Shown here piece by piece: positions 30,498 through 40,924 of a DNA stretch of 64,000 nucleotides. The DNA is from Bacillales bacterium (GTDB taxonomy: Bacteria; Bacillota; Bacilli; Bacillales; JAVBJX01). The stretch is taken from positions 1,792-65,791 of the forward strand of contig JAVBJX010000004.1 of NCBI GenBank assembly GCA_031546705.1, read 5' to 3'. The notes under the pieces are model-generated. The model was not told the DNA's origin and did not search any database. It was given only the letters and a program-made list of their open reading frames with translations. Every line of letters begins with the position of its first letter. Within the stretch, counting starts at the first letter, position 1. A program made the translations under genes and the position numbers.

Positions 30498-33266
30498 ATG
30501 GGGTATCAGAGGGAAGCGCAGTTAGAGAAACAATTAGTAGCTTAGTTAATCAATCAAGAATATAAAAAAGTCACCATCGCAACAGAAGATGACTTAATGA
30601 ATAACTTTAGAATTCAACTAAGTAAATATAATGAAAAAAAGCTAAATGGAACACCGTTTTCAGACAAAGAATTTGAGAGAATCATTCGTCATTTGGAAGG
30701 GAAAAGTGTCTTTCAAAGTGCCAAACTTCTTCGAGATAAATTTATACTTGAAAGGGAAGATGGTAGTGAGATTTATATAGAATTTTTTGATACAAAACAT
30801 TGGTGTAAAAACTTATTTCAAGTAACAACTCAAACAACTGTAGTCGGTAAATATACAAATCGGTATGATGTGACATTACTGATTAACGGCTTACCACTTA
30901 TTCAAATTGAGTTAAAACGTAGAGGATTGGATTTGAAAGAAGCATTTAATCAAATAGAACGATATAAAAAACATTCCTACCAAGGGCTGTATAGATATCT
31001 TCAAGTGTTTGTAATAAGTAATGGCGTGGATACAAAAAATACTTTGCTAATAATGATCGAGAGCTTTTATTTAGTCATACATTTTTCTGGACGAATGAAA
31101 AAAATGAACGAATTAGTAACCTCAATGAATTTACCGCTACTTTCTTAGAAAAATGCCATATCTCAAAAGTAATCGCCAGATATATGGTCATTAGTGATAC
31201 AGAAAAAATGCTGATGGTTATGCGACCTTATCAAATTTTTGCAGTGGAAGCCCTTGTAAATAGAGCATTAGAAACAAAGAATAATGGTTATGTCTGGCAT
31301 ACAACAGGAAGCGGAAAAACATTAACGTCATTTAAAGTAAGCCAAATATTAGCGAATGAGCCACGCATTAAGAAAGTGTTCTTTCTGATAGATCGAAAAG
31401 ATTTAGACAGCCAAACAATAGCAGAATTTAATAAATTTGAAAAAGATTGCGTAGACACAACAGATAAAACAAGCACATTAGTCAAGCAAATAAAAGAAAA
31501 TACACCGCTGATTATTACAACGATTCAAAAGATGTCACATGCCATTAATTCTCCACAATATGCTGAGATTATGAATCGTTATAAAGATGAACATGTTGTC
31601 TTTATTATTGATGAATGTCACCGCTCGCAATTTGGCGATATGCACAAGTTAATCAACACACATTTTTCCAATGCCTAATACTTTGGCTTTACTGGCACAC
31701 CACGTTTTACAGAGAATAGAAGCCAAGATGGACGCAGCACAGCCGATTTATTTGAGAAGTGTTTGCATACGTATTTGATTAAAGATGCGATTAAAGACAA
31801 TAATGTGTTAGGTTTTTCGATAGAATATATTAAAACTTTTTCAGGGCAATTTGAAGAAGAGGATGACACACGGATCAGTGCCATTGATACAGAGGAGGTG
31901 TTTATGAGTGATGAGCGAATTTATTTAGTTAGTGAACACATGCTCAAACATCACGCTTTAAAAACAAGAAATATGACCTACACAGCAATTTTTACCGTGC
32001 AAAGCATACCAATGCTCATTAAATATTATGATAAGTTGAAAGAACTCAACCAACCTTTAAAGATAGCGGGCATATTCACCTTTGGAGCAAATGAAAATAG
32101 CGAAGGCAGGGATGAACATTGAACATTCCAGAGATAGTTTAGAAAGAATGATAGGGGATTATAACCAGCTTTTTGCCACAAACTTTTCAACAGATACGTT
32201 CTCAAATTATTTTGCCGATGTCTCCAAAAAAGTGAAGACAGCTCAAATTGATATTTTACTAGTTGTAAATATGTTTTTGACTGGCTTTGATAGTAAAACA
32301 CTAAACACATTGTATGTAGACAAAAATTTAACGTATCATGACTTACTTCAAGCTTTTTCAAGAACAAATCGAGTAGAAAAATCAACCAAGCCATATGGAA
32401 ATATTGTGTGTTATAGAAATTTAAAGAAGCAAACAGATGAAGCTATCTGTCTATTTTCACAAACACATAGTACAGATACCGTACTCATGCAAAGCTATGA
32501 GCATTATTTAAAACTGTTTAAAGTACAAGTTGAAAAATTATTTCATATGGCTCTTACACCAAATGACGTTGATTTACTTGAGAGTGAAGAAGATAAGAAA
32601 CAATTTATTATTGTATTTAGAGAGTTATCCAAGCTTCTCCTAAAGCTACAATCATTTACAGAATTTGAGTTTGATGAAAATATGCTAGGGATGAGTGAAC
32701 AGAAATATCAAGATTTCAAAAGCAAATATTTCTTATTGTATGATGAAACAAAAATAGCTAATGGCGAAAAAGTTTCTATTCTATCTGATATTGATTTTGC
32801 TATTGAACTGATGCACACAGATAAAATCAATGTAAATTACATTATGAATTTGATTAGAAATATTGATCTTGGAAATAAAGAGAAGAGAGAAAAAGATATT
32901 CAGCATATTATTACCGAGCTAGAGCGAGCGGATAGTGAAGAACTAAGACTCAAAGTAGACCTCTTAAAAGCATTCTTAGAAAAAGTCGTGCCACATCTTG
33001 AGCCAGAAGATTCGATTGATGATGCTTATATGGAGTTTGAAGATGTCCAGAGGAAAGAAGAAGTAAATCAGTTTGCGAGTGAAATAGGAATGGAAACAAA
33101 GATGATAAAAGAGCATATTTCGGAGTATGAATATGCTAGGGTTATTAATCAGGAATTGTTAAGTGACTCTATTAAGGCTTCTACTAATGCCACGTTTTTA
33201 AAGAGAATAGAAATAACGAAACAAGTGAAAGAGTTTATTACTACACATGTGGTGAGGTATGAGTGA
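30498..33266 (+). pseudogene. hsdR: Type I restriction enzyme R subunit, multiply disrupted
   Basis: ATG 30498; TTGTTT-17-TATAAT upstream. Lesions: in-frame TAG 30543-45; frame change in A-run 31034-39 (..GVDTK|[17 protein letters not shown]..); in-frame TAA 31676-78 ([14 protein letters not shown]); second frame change ~32095-32120. Motifs [37 protein letters not shown] across track ORFs 30597-, 31184-, 31763-, 32082-33266. Confidence 0.9.
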
Positions 33267-33305
33267 GTTGGATTTGGTTTTTCTATAAACTGAAAGAGGT
33301 GGAAA

Positions 33306-33821
33306 ATGATGAGCATGATAGGTAACTATTGTATGATTACAAAAGAGCAATTTGACGCATTACACAATCAAGAAATCTCTATATCAAATTTTCTTTATTC
33401 AGAGCCTAGTAAAAGAGAAGCTAAAAATTTTTTAGACATTGATAAAGCGTGGGATGCGATCCAGTTTACATTGACTGGACATGGTTTTATAGATGTAGGG
33501 AATACAGAAAGAACACCATTATTTGATATTGTTGTGGGTGGACAATCCATTAGTGAAGAAGATGTGGGTTATGGGTGTGCAAGATATTTAACAAATAAAG
33601 AAGTGAAAGAATGCTATCAAGCTATTAAAAATATCACAAAAACGGAATGGAAGTCTAAGTTTAATATGAATGAAATGCTAATAGAACAAGTGTATCCATT
33701 ATATGGAGCTGAAGATGAAGAGGAATTTTTTGAGTATACTTATAACCATTTCGAAGCGTTACAACATTTCTTCAGAACAGCAAGTGATGAGGATAGGTAT
33801 ATGTTGTTATATATTAACTAA
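33306..33821 (+). CDS. YfbM/DUF1877-family protein
   Basis: 171 aa. M(S)MIGNY.., LDIDKAWDAIQFTLTG parallel E. coli YfbM (MGMIGYF.., LDIDKRWDFLHFGLTG) as I recall it. The start could be 33309. Confidence 0.6.
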   Translation: MMSMIGNYCMITKEQFDALHNQEISISNFLYSEPSKREAKNFLDIDKAWDAIQFTLTGHGFIDVGNTERTPLFDIVVGGQSISEEDVGYGCARYLTNKEVKECYQAIKNITKTEWKSKFNMNEMLIEQVYPLYGAEDEEEFFEYTYNHFEALQHFFRTASDEDRYMLLYIN

Positions 33822-33835
33822 GGGACAGTGAAGAT

Positions 33836-33880
33836 AGTTTGGGACAATTAGATTTTTTTCTTTTGTCCCAAACTCTTTAT
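33836..33880. terminator. Bidirectional terminator between convergent genes
   Basis: AGTTTGGGACAA / TTGTCCCAAACT stem with a T-rich loop; sits between the + YfbM-like gene and the - cargo block. Confidence 0.7.
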
Positions 33881-33906
33881 AAAAAGATGGTTTTTGCATT
33901 CAGGAA

Positions 33907-34431
33907 CTACATTGTCTCATAATCAATCCATTTTTCATCAGCATAACTGCATGTATAACAAGTTAATCCAATTGTAATCCATCCAAAAGCATTGACCCAA
34001 TCATCCTCTGAAAACTCAGATGTTTCATCTCCAAGTTCTAGTTCATTAATAAAATCCTCTTTACCCTCTGAAGAAATAAATATCCTTATACGGTGAATAT
34101 CAGAACCACATTGAGGGCAATTCCATGAAGTTAATGTATTCTCAGGTGGAGAGATACCATCATGACACACAAATCCATTCCAACCATGCTTGCTGTCATC
34201 AAAAATTATATATTCTTTCTGACAATCCATACAAATAGTCTTGATTACTAAAGCATAATCATCCTCGTAGCTACGAACTTGAGGATATCCATTAGAAGTA
34301 TCAGCAAATATTTTTATATGAAAACACTTGCATCCACATGTACAACGAATCTCTCCATTTATCTGATACTCATTGTTTTTATTTCCTATAGGAATGAAAA
34401 TATCATGCAAATGTATGGGGATGGGTAACAT
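33907..34431 (-). CDS. Hypothetical Cys-rich protein (several CxxC pairs, Zn-ribbon-like)
   Basis: 174 aa. CTCGCKC, CMDCQ, CPQCG, CYTC pairs; RBS GGAGGAATAAATATG. No family recognised. Confidence 0.55.
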   Translation of the reverse strand: MLPIPIHLHDIFIPIGNKNNEYQINGEIRCTCGCKCFHIKIFADTSNGYPQVRSYEDDYALVIKTICMDCQKEYIIFDDSKHGWNGFVCHDGISPPENTLTSWNCPQCGSDIHRIRIFISSEGKEDFINELELGDETSEFSEDDWVNAFGWITIGLTCYTCSYADEKWIDYETM

Positions 34432-34473
34432 ATTTATTCCTCCTATATTTCTTGCGACAATTTGTTTCAGTAT

Positions 34474-35103
34474 TTACAATCCACTTTCCGTAAATGACAA
34501 CCAATTTTTATATTTTATTTTATATGTATCTCTTTCCTCACGAGTAGCTAGAAAAATGTCTACTCCACCATCATAAGGAGCGATGATACGATTTTTCATA
34601 ACATCTATTATTAAGATTTTACATGTAAATGTATCCGTATTTCCATCCAAATAAATTGTTTTACCTCCATTAGCAACTTCCGTTAAATAGTCGTTCAAAT
34701 CACCTGTTAGCCAAACTTTATTGATAAATACTGAGTGCAGATAGAATTCATTCTCATATTCCTCAGAAAGTACAGTGTCAAGACGAATGCTGTTCAAGAT
34801 AATTGCATCAGGTACTGTTTCAAAAAAGTTTTCGGAGGGCTCATCAGACATAGTAGATAGAAACAACAAATACTGATTTTGCTCACCAATTAAATCACTT
34901 ATCAAAGCATTTTGTCTATCAAGGATAATTTCCATTTCTTTGTTGTTGTCAGCATATCGTTTGGAATTTGGTAAACTGTGAATTCGAAACCACCTGTCAT
35001 GAAAGAAATGATTTCTGATTATGTGTCCGATTGGCAACAGTTCAGCATACTTATCAGCCCAAAACTTCTCAAATTGTTGTTTAGTTATTTTTTCTTGTTG
35101 CAT
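34474..35103 (-). CDS. Conserved hypothetical protein (motif DRWFRIHSLPNSKRY; family name uncertain)
   Basis: 209-aa ORF with RBS AGTAGGAGAA. The motif is one I recall from widespread hypothetical proteins, but I cannot assign the Pfam family with confidence. Confidence 0.5.
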   Translation of the reverse strand: MQQEKITKQQFEKFWADKYAELLPIGHIIRNHFFHDRWFRIHSLPNSKRYADNNKEMEIILDRQNALISDLIGEQNQYLLFLSTMSDEPSENFFETVPDAIILNSIRLDTVLSEEYENEFYLHSVFINKVWLTGDLNDYLTEVANGGKTIYLDGNTDTFTCKILIIDVMKNRIIAPYDGGVDIFLATREERDTYKIKYKNWLSFTESGL

Positions 35104-35151
35104 AAGATTCTCCTACTGATTAATTGTAAAAATCAACCATTTTCTTTTTCA

Positions 35152-35871
35152 TCAATCTGTGTAAAAGTTAGCAGTTGCACCCAAACTACATAAATACTCC
35201 ATGTCGTCTTTGAGATGTTTCAAGTATCCTTTTTTAACTTCTATTAAAGGCTGTTTACTCAATGTTAACGTCTGCTGAGGTGTTAGTCCCAATTCTGTTT
35301 TAAGGTAGGTGATCACTTTCATTTTGTTTGGACCACGTTCAATAGTACCGAGGTTAGTAATAATGAGCCTACCCATAATCCAATCAGACGTATCAACACT
35401 TGTTGATTCATTTTCAGTACGTTCTTGATTGAACTCCTCATGTACCTCTTTCCAAAATTCATTATTAATATCTATGATTTGCGTTAAAAGTCCCATTTCA
35501 CTAGGGAATTTTTCTTCATTTTCTTTAATTTTTTGTAAAATAGACTCAAACTGATCAGTAGTTTCTGCAACTTGAATTGGTTCCCACATACCTGCTCCAT
35601 GAAAAGAAAAATAGACAGGATATCCTAGTTTCTGTTCAGAGAAATCTACATAGAAAGGATCAGCAAAATAGTTTTGTGCAATTACATACCAGTTCTCTTG
35701 CCAGTCACCATTTTTTTCTGAAACAAGAGATTTCCCTGTACAAGCATGAATACGATATCCTATTTGCATATCATTGAAATTTTCGACATTAACATAACGA
35801 TTTGGTAATATACACATATCGCTGATAATATTAGATTTAATCAGATGTTTTATTTCAATAGGTATATCCAT
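35152..35871 (-). CDS. SMI1/KNR4 (SUKH)-like protein with possible L7/L12-C-like tail
   Basis: 239 aa. ..W.ENWYVIAQNYFADPFYVDF....YPVYF..HG.G.W.. resembles SUKH immunity-type domains. The C-terminal KVITYLKTELGLTPQQ...L.....IEVKKG is L7/L12-CTD-like (tentative). Confidence 0.5.
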   Translation of the reverse strand: MDIPIEIKHLIKSNIISDMCILPNRYVNVENFNDMQIGYRIHACTGKSLVSEKNGDWQENWYVIAQNYFADPFYVDFSEQKLGYPVYFSFHGAGMWEPIQVAETTDQFESILQKIKENEEKFPSEMGLLTQIIDINNEFWKEVHEEFNQERTENESTSVDTSDWIMGRLIITNLGTIERGPNKMKVITYLKTELGLTPQQTLTLSKQPLIEVKKGYLKHLKDDMEYLCSLGATANFYTD

Positions 35872-35994
35872 TATGTATCCTCTCCAATTCTTTTAATTAT
35901 AACTAACATTTTCTAGTATAGTTTCAATACTTACAGGAAAGTAGTTATTCACATCTACCCCAACATTAAAAGCTCTGTCTCCTAAAATATTTAA

Positions 35995-36432
35995 TCACTC
36001 TTTTTGAATAGGATCTTTACTACAATTATGTACATGACCATACAGATGAATAGAATCTCTAAAATAGCCATCCCATTCTAAAATTGGATAGTGAAAAAGC
36101 ACAAACTTTCTTTTTTTATAATCCAACACATAATAGTCTTTAATCCATTCAAATTGTTGTGTATTAAAATTTTCATCATTTACATATTTATCATGATTTC
36201 CTCTGATTAAATATTTTTTGCCTTTCAATTTCTTGAGGATTTCATTTGCTTCCATGCCATTCCCTTTATGAATAAGATCGCCTAATATATAAATCTCATC
36301 TCGGTCAGATATATAGGAATTCCAATTTCGAATCAACGACCTGTGCATATCATCCAGATTTTTGAACGGTCTATTGTTGAGATTAATAACATTAGAATGA
36401 TAGAAATGGGTATCGGCAGTAAAGTAAATCAT
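35995..36432 (-). CDS. Small calcineurin-like metallophosphoesterase
   Basis: ORF 35995-36453; ATG at comp(36430-36432) follows GGAGGTG. Motifs DTHFYH, GDLIHKG, GNHD, GHVH. Confidence 0.8.
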   Translation of the reverse strand: MIYFTADTHFYHSNVINLNNRPFKNLDDMHRSLIRNWNSYISDRDEIYILGDLIHKGNGMEANEILKKLKGKKYLIRGNHDKYVNDENFNTQQFEWIKDYYVLDYKKRKFVLFHYPILEWDGYFRDSIHLYGHVHNCSKDPIQKE

Positions 36433-36577
36433 ATTTTCACCTCCATTATTCATAATAAAGTAAGTTAATTGCTGAAAATAAAAACGGATTATTTTTCTTA
36501 TAATGAATTATACAAAGTAGGATGAATGAATACAAGTTGGAGTTTCAATGGTTGATGCTGGTATTTTAGAAACATGA

Positions 36578-37003
36578 TACAATAATTATCACAATGTATA
36601 TCAGCTTTATGATAAAAATACAGATTCATTATTTACAGACTTGTTGGAAATAAATACGCTTGAATTGCCTAAGTTACCAATAGAAACAGATGACACAGCA
36701 TTGTTTAACTGGTTAAGTTTCCTAAAAGCTGAACAAGAGGAGGAATACGAAATGCTTGCCGAAAAAAATCAAAGTATAAGTAAAGCATATGGCGTATTAA
36801 AAGAATTAAGCCAAGATGAACGGACAAGACTTCTTTTTGAGGAACGAGAGAAAGCACGGCGTGATGAAATGGCAAGAATAGAAGGAGCTTATTCAAATGG
36901 AAAAAGAGATGTAGCAATAAAAGCTTTGAAAAAAGGTATGTCCATTGAGGATATAGTTGACTTGACTTATCATGAAGTACAACAAATAGCAGATAGTATG
37001 TAA
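36578..37003 (+). pseudogene. 5'-truncated Rpn (YhgA-like) family gene: C-terminal domain only
   Basis: The open frame after TGA 36575-77 reads ..HNVYQLYDKNTDSLFTDLLEINTLELPKL.. This parallels residues ..HNTFQLYEKNERFLLVDDLEIHTIELPKL.. of the full copy at 41982-42839. The N-terminal nuclease domain is absent, and no SD precedes the TTG at 36641. Confidence 0.7.
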
Positions 37004-37008
37004 CACAG

Positions 37009-37047
37009 AAGTGACTTATATCATTAGACGGTATGAGTCACTTTTTT
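37009..37047 (+). terminator. Terminator after Rpn fragment
   Basis: AAGTGACT / AGTCACTT stem followed by TTTT. Confidence 0.65.
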
Positions 37048-37131
37048 ACATCAAAACAAAACTCCTGTTTGCAAACACCCCTTTTTTTCTGTATGCTCAT
37101 TTATATAGAAGAAACAAATCAGGAGGACAAT

Positions 37132-38484
37132 AGGTCAACAAACGAAAAGCACCAAGAACAACAATCTTCTCTACACACAAAATTATGGGCAATCGCCAAT
37201 GATTTAAGAGGAAATATGGAAGCCAATGAATTTAAGAATTATATATTAGGATTAATATTCTACCGCTACTTATCTGAAAAAGTAGAAGGGCGTGTCGAAA
37301 ATTTACTATCAGAAGATAAAATTTCTTATGAAGAAGCATGGCAAAATGAAGAGTACAAAAAAGCACTACAAGACGAACTTCTCGGACAAATTGGTTACTT
37401 TGTTGAGCCGAAATATTTATTCTCTTCCTTAATGAAAGACATCCAATCAGGAGATTTTGATATTGAAATATTGCAAGGGGCAATTATGCGTATGAATATT
37501 TAATCGGACAATTTGCGGCAAATGCTGGAAAGAAAGCGGGAGAATTCTATACACCACAACAAGTATCAAAAATCCTTGCGAAATTAGTAACGATAGGGAA
37601 AAAAGATTTAAGAAATGTCTATGATCCTACTTGTGGCTCTGGCTCATTACTCTTACGTGTTTCCAAAGAAGCGAATGTCCGTAAATTCTATGGTCAAGAA
37701 TTAACATCGACAACGTACAATCTCGCTCGCATGAACATGCTATTACATGACGTATCATATCAAAATTTTGACATTAAAAATGAAGACACATTAGAACACC
37801 CAGAACACACCCACAAAAAATTTGAAGCCATTGTTGCCAATCCACCGTACAGTGCCAATTGGAGTGCTGATCCGAAATTTTTGGATGATGAAAGATTTAG
37901 TGTGTACGGAAAATTAGCACCAAAATCAAAGGCAGACTTTGCCTTCATTCAACACATGATTTACCAACTAGATGACAAAGGAATCATGGCAGTTGTCTTA
38001 CCACATGGTGTATTATTTCGAGGAGCAGCCGAAGGGGTTATTAGAAAATATTTGATAGAAGAAAAAAATTATTTAGATGCCGTCATTGGCTTACCTGCAA
38101 ATATCTTCTTTGGCACATCCATTCCAACCGTTATTCTTGTGTTTAAAAAATGCCGTAAAAGTGGCGACAATGTTTTATTTATAGATGCTTCTAATGACTT
38201 TGAGAAAGCAAAAAATCAAAACGCATTACGTAATCAAGATGTAGAGAAGATTATATTAACGTATGTAGCTCGTGAAACAGTTGAAAAGTATGAGTATGTC
38301 GCAACTTTGCAGGAAATTAGGGAGAATGATTATAACTTAAAATATTCCTAGATATGTCGATACATTTGAGGAAGAAGAAATGATTGATGTGGAAGCGGTG
38401 AAGGTACAGATTCAACAAATTGATGAGGAAATTGTTGAGATTGATAAGCAATTAGAAGTTTATTTGAAAGAGTTGGGGTTGTAA
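37132..38484 (+). pseudogene. hsdM: Type I R-M methyltransferase subunit, multiply disrupted
   Basis: AGGAGG 37121-26 is followed 5 nt later by AGG (37132), where ..STNEKHQEQQSSLHTKLWAIANDLRG begins (probable ATG>AGG). Internal deletion/frame break ~37475-37488 (ILQGAI|AYEYLIGQFAANAGKKAGEFYTP). NPPY at VANPPYS. Extra A in run 38339-42 precedes ..NIPRYVDTFEEEE..KELGL*, stop 38482-84. Confidence 0.88.
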
Positions 38485-38487
38485 GGG

Positions 38488-39669
38488 GTGGAAGTGTTGG
38501 AGAAGAAAGTTCCTAAGTTGAGGTTTTCGGGGTTTAGTGGGGAGTGGGAGGAGAAAGGGCTAGGAGACATTGTTGAAATATCAAAATCTAAATATAACCC
38601 TGTAAACAGGAAAAAAAGTTACAAATGTATAGAACTAGAAAACTTATCCCAAGAGACCGGAAGGATATTAGGATACTTTAATTCTGACGAACAAAAAAGT
38701 ATAAAAAATAAATTCAATGAGGGAGAGGTACTTTTTGGAAAGTTAAGACCTTATTTGAAAAAGTATTGGAAAGCGGAATTTGATGGAGTTTGTTCTAGTG
38801 AAATATGGGTTTTAAAGGGAAAAGGAATTTCTAATGATTTTCTCTTTAGAATAGTTCAAACGGATAAATTTAATTTTATTTCAAATATATCGTCAGGTTC
38901 AAAAATGCCAAGAGCTGATTGGAGTTACATGTCTGAATTTTCTTTTAGTATTCCATCTTTAGAAGAACAACAAAAAATAGCAAACTTCTTTTCTCTTATT
39001 GACCAAAAAATGGAGAAACAACGAAAGAAAGTTAAGTCTTTAGAGCAGTATAAAAAAGGGATGATGCAGAAGATTTTTTCACAGGAGATACGGTTTAAGG
39101 ATGAAAACGGTGGGGAGTATCCAGAGTGGAAAAAAACAAAGATTGGTCAATTATTTGCTGAGAGAAGTAGTAAAGGATTTGCAAGTAAAGAGTTATTATC
39201 TGTGACAATTAATAACGGAGTAATAAAAAGAAATGAGATTGAAGGTAAAGATAATTCTAGTGAAAATAAAGAAAACTACAAATTAGTTTCGATTTCGGAT
39301 ATTGTTTATAATTCTATGAGAATGTGGCAAGGAGCAAGCGGGGTTTCCAATTATGAAGGAATAGTTAGTCCAGCATATACAGTTCTTGTTCCTCAAAAGA
39401 GTGTAAATAGCCACTATTTTGGATATCTATTTAAAACAACAAAAATGATATATCAATTTAGAGTTAATTCTCAAGGTTTAACATCTGATACATGGAATTT
39501 AAAGTATCCATTAATAAAAGATATAGCCATTAAAGTTCCATCCTTCGAGGAACAAGGAAAAATAGTAGCCCTTTTATCACAATTTGATTTTAAAATTAAA
39601 AATGAACAAAAGAAATTGGAGTTACTAAACCAATGGAAAAAATCCCTACTACAACAAATGTTTATCTAA
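38488..39669 (+). CDS. hsdS: Type I R-M specificity subunit HsdS (apparently intact)
   Basis: 393 aa; GTG 38488 lies 3 nt after the hsdM stop. Two target-recognition halves are separated by conserved LEEQQKIANFFSLID..., with C-terminal FEEQGKIVALLSQFD... helices. Confidence 0.88.
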   Translation: MEVLEKKVPKLRFSGFSGEWEEKGLGDIVEISKSKYNPVNRKKSYKCIELENLSQETGRILGYFNSDEQKSIKNKFNEGEVLFGKLRPYLKKYWKAEFDGVCSSEIWVLKGKGISNDFLFRIVQTDKFNFISNISSGSKMPRADWSYMSEFSFSIPSLEEQQKIANFFSLIDQKMEKQRKKVKSLEQYKKGMMQKIFSQEIRFKDENGGEYPEWKKTKIGQLFAERSSKGFASKELLSVTINNGVIKRNEIEGKDNSSENKENYKLVSISDIVYNSMRMWQGASGVSNYEGIVSPAYTVLVPQKSVNSHYFGYLFKTTKMIYQFRVNSQGLTSDTWNLKYPLIKDIAIKVPSFEEQGKIVALLSQFDFKIKNEQKKLELLNQWKKSLLQQMFI

Positions 39670-39733
39670 CAAGAAAATAAATCTCATATCAGCTATCAAA
39701 TTTGAAAGAAAACAAATAGGGGTGAAAAGTCTA

Positions 39734-40924
39734 ATGCTTATTAAATCATTTAGTTATCACGATAAATTGAGAAATTGGAAGTTGGAAAAAGTAGATTTTC
39801 AAGAACTTACATTATTGGTTGGAGCTTCAGGTGTAGGTAAAACCAAAATCTTAAAAGCGTTAGAAAATCTTAAAAGAATAGCCTTTGAAAGTAGCTTTCT
39901 TTTTATGGGATTTGGAGATGATCTCAAAGAAGCATTAGGAAATATAATTCAGAGAATATCTTGGAATCTTGAATTTGAAGAGAAAGATCGTACCTACATT
40001 TGGCAGGGAGAAACAGATTATCAAGAAGATAACGCAATGGAATTTGAAAGATTCTCATTAAGTAAAGACTTTAGTATAAATTCAGAGAAACTCACAATAG
40101 AATCTGAACAAGAAAGTATAACGATTTTTGAACGTAATAAAAATCAAATAGTTGTTAATGGAAAAGAATCTCCAAAAATAACTCAGTCAAGAAGTTGTAT
40201 GGATATATTTTCAAGTGAAGATAGCATTAAAAAAGCAGTAGAAGGCTTAGAAAAAATGTTGTTTTTTCATTTTGAAGAAGAAAAAAATCAGTTAGTTAGT
40301 AAAATTTTGGAGATAGATACTTTTAAAGATTTTAATGTGTCACTTGATTCTATAAAAAAAAGCAATTTATCTACAGTCAGTAAATTAGTTTTTGTGTATA
40401 CACGATTTCCCTCTAAATTTTTAGAAATAAAAAAACAGTTTATTGAAGTATTCCCATATGTAACAGATGTTGCATATAAGTTAATTGAGAACAATAAATG
40501 GAATGAACAATATAAAGATGATATGGTTTATGAACTCCATATTAAAGAAGAAGACAGATGGATAAGCAAAAATGACATTTCTTCTGGAATGTTAAAAACT
40601 CTTCTATTCATCTCCATGCTACACCTATCCCCAGAAGGTAGCGTAATTTTCGTTGATGAATTTGAAAATAGCCTAGGAATTAATTGCATTGACATTCTAT
40701 CTTCCATTGCTTCTAGCACATATAGCAACCAACTTATTTTAACAAGCCATCATCCATATATAATTAATAATATTTCCATGAATAATTGGAAGATTGTTAG
40801 TCGAAAAGGTGGTACAGTTGTCGTTAAAAGTGCGGAAGATTATGATTTAGGTAAATCAAAACATAAAGCTTTTATGCAATTATTAAATTTGGAAGCTTAT
40901 AGAGAAGGAAGGGATTCTGATTGA
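39734..40924 (+). CDS. ABC-type (AAA_15/21-like, OLD/AbiLi/RloA-class) ATPase
   Basis: ORF 39722-40924; ATG 39734 follows AGGGGTGA. Walker A GASGVGKT, signature SSGM, Walker B VIFVDEFENSLG, H-loop LTSHHP, with a ~250-aa insert between Walker A and the signature. Confidence 0.8.
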   Translation: MLIKSFSYHDKLRNWKLEKVDFQELTLLVGASGVGKTKILKALENLKRIAFESSFLFMGFGDDLKEALGNIIQRISWNLEFEEKDRTYIWQGETDYQEDNAMEFERFSLSKDFSINSEKLTIESEQESITIFERNKNQIVVNGKESPKITQSRSCMDIFSSEDSIKKAVEGLEKMLFFHFEEEKNQLVSKILEIDTFKDFNVSLDSIKKSNLSTVSKLVFVYTRFPSKFLEIKKQFIEVFPYVTDVAYKLIENNKWNEQYKDDMVYELHIKEEDRWISKNDISSGMLKTLLFISMLHLSPEGSVIFVDEFENSLGINCIDILSSIASSTYSNQLILTSHHPYIINNISMNNWKIVSRKGGTVVVKSAEDYDLGKSKHKAFMQLLNLEAYREGRDSD

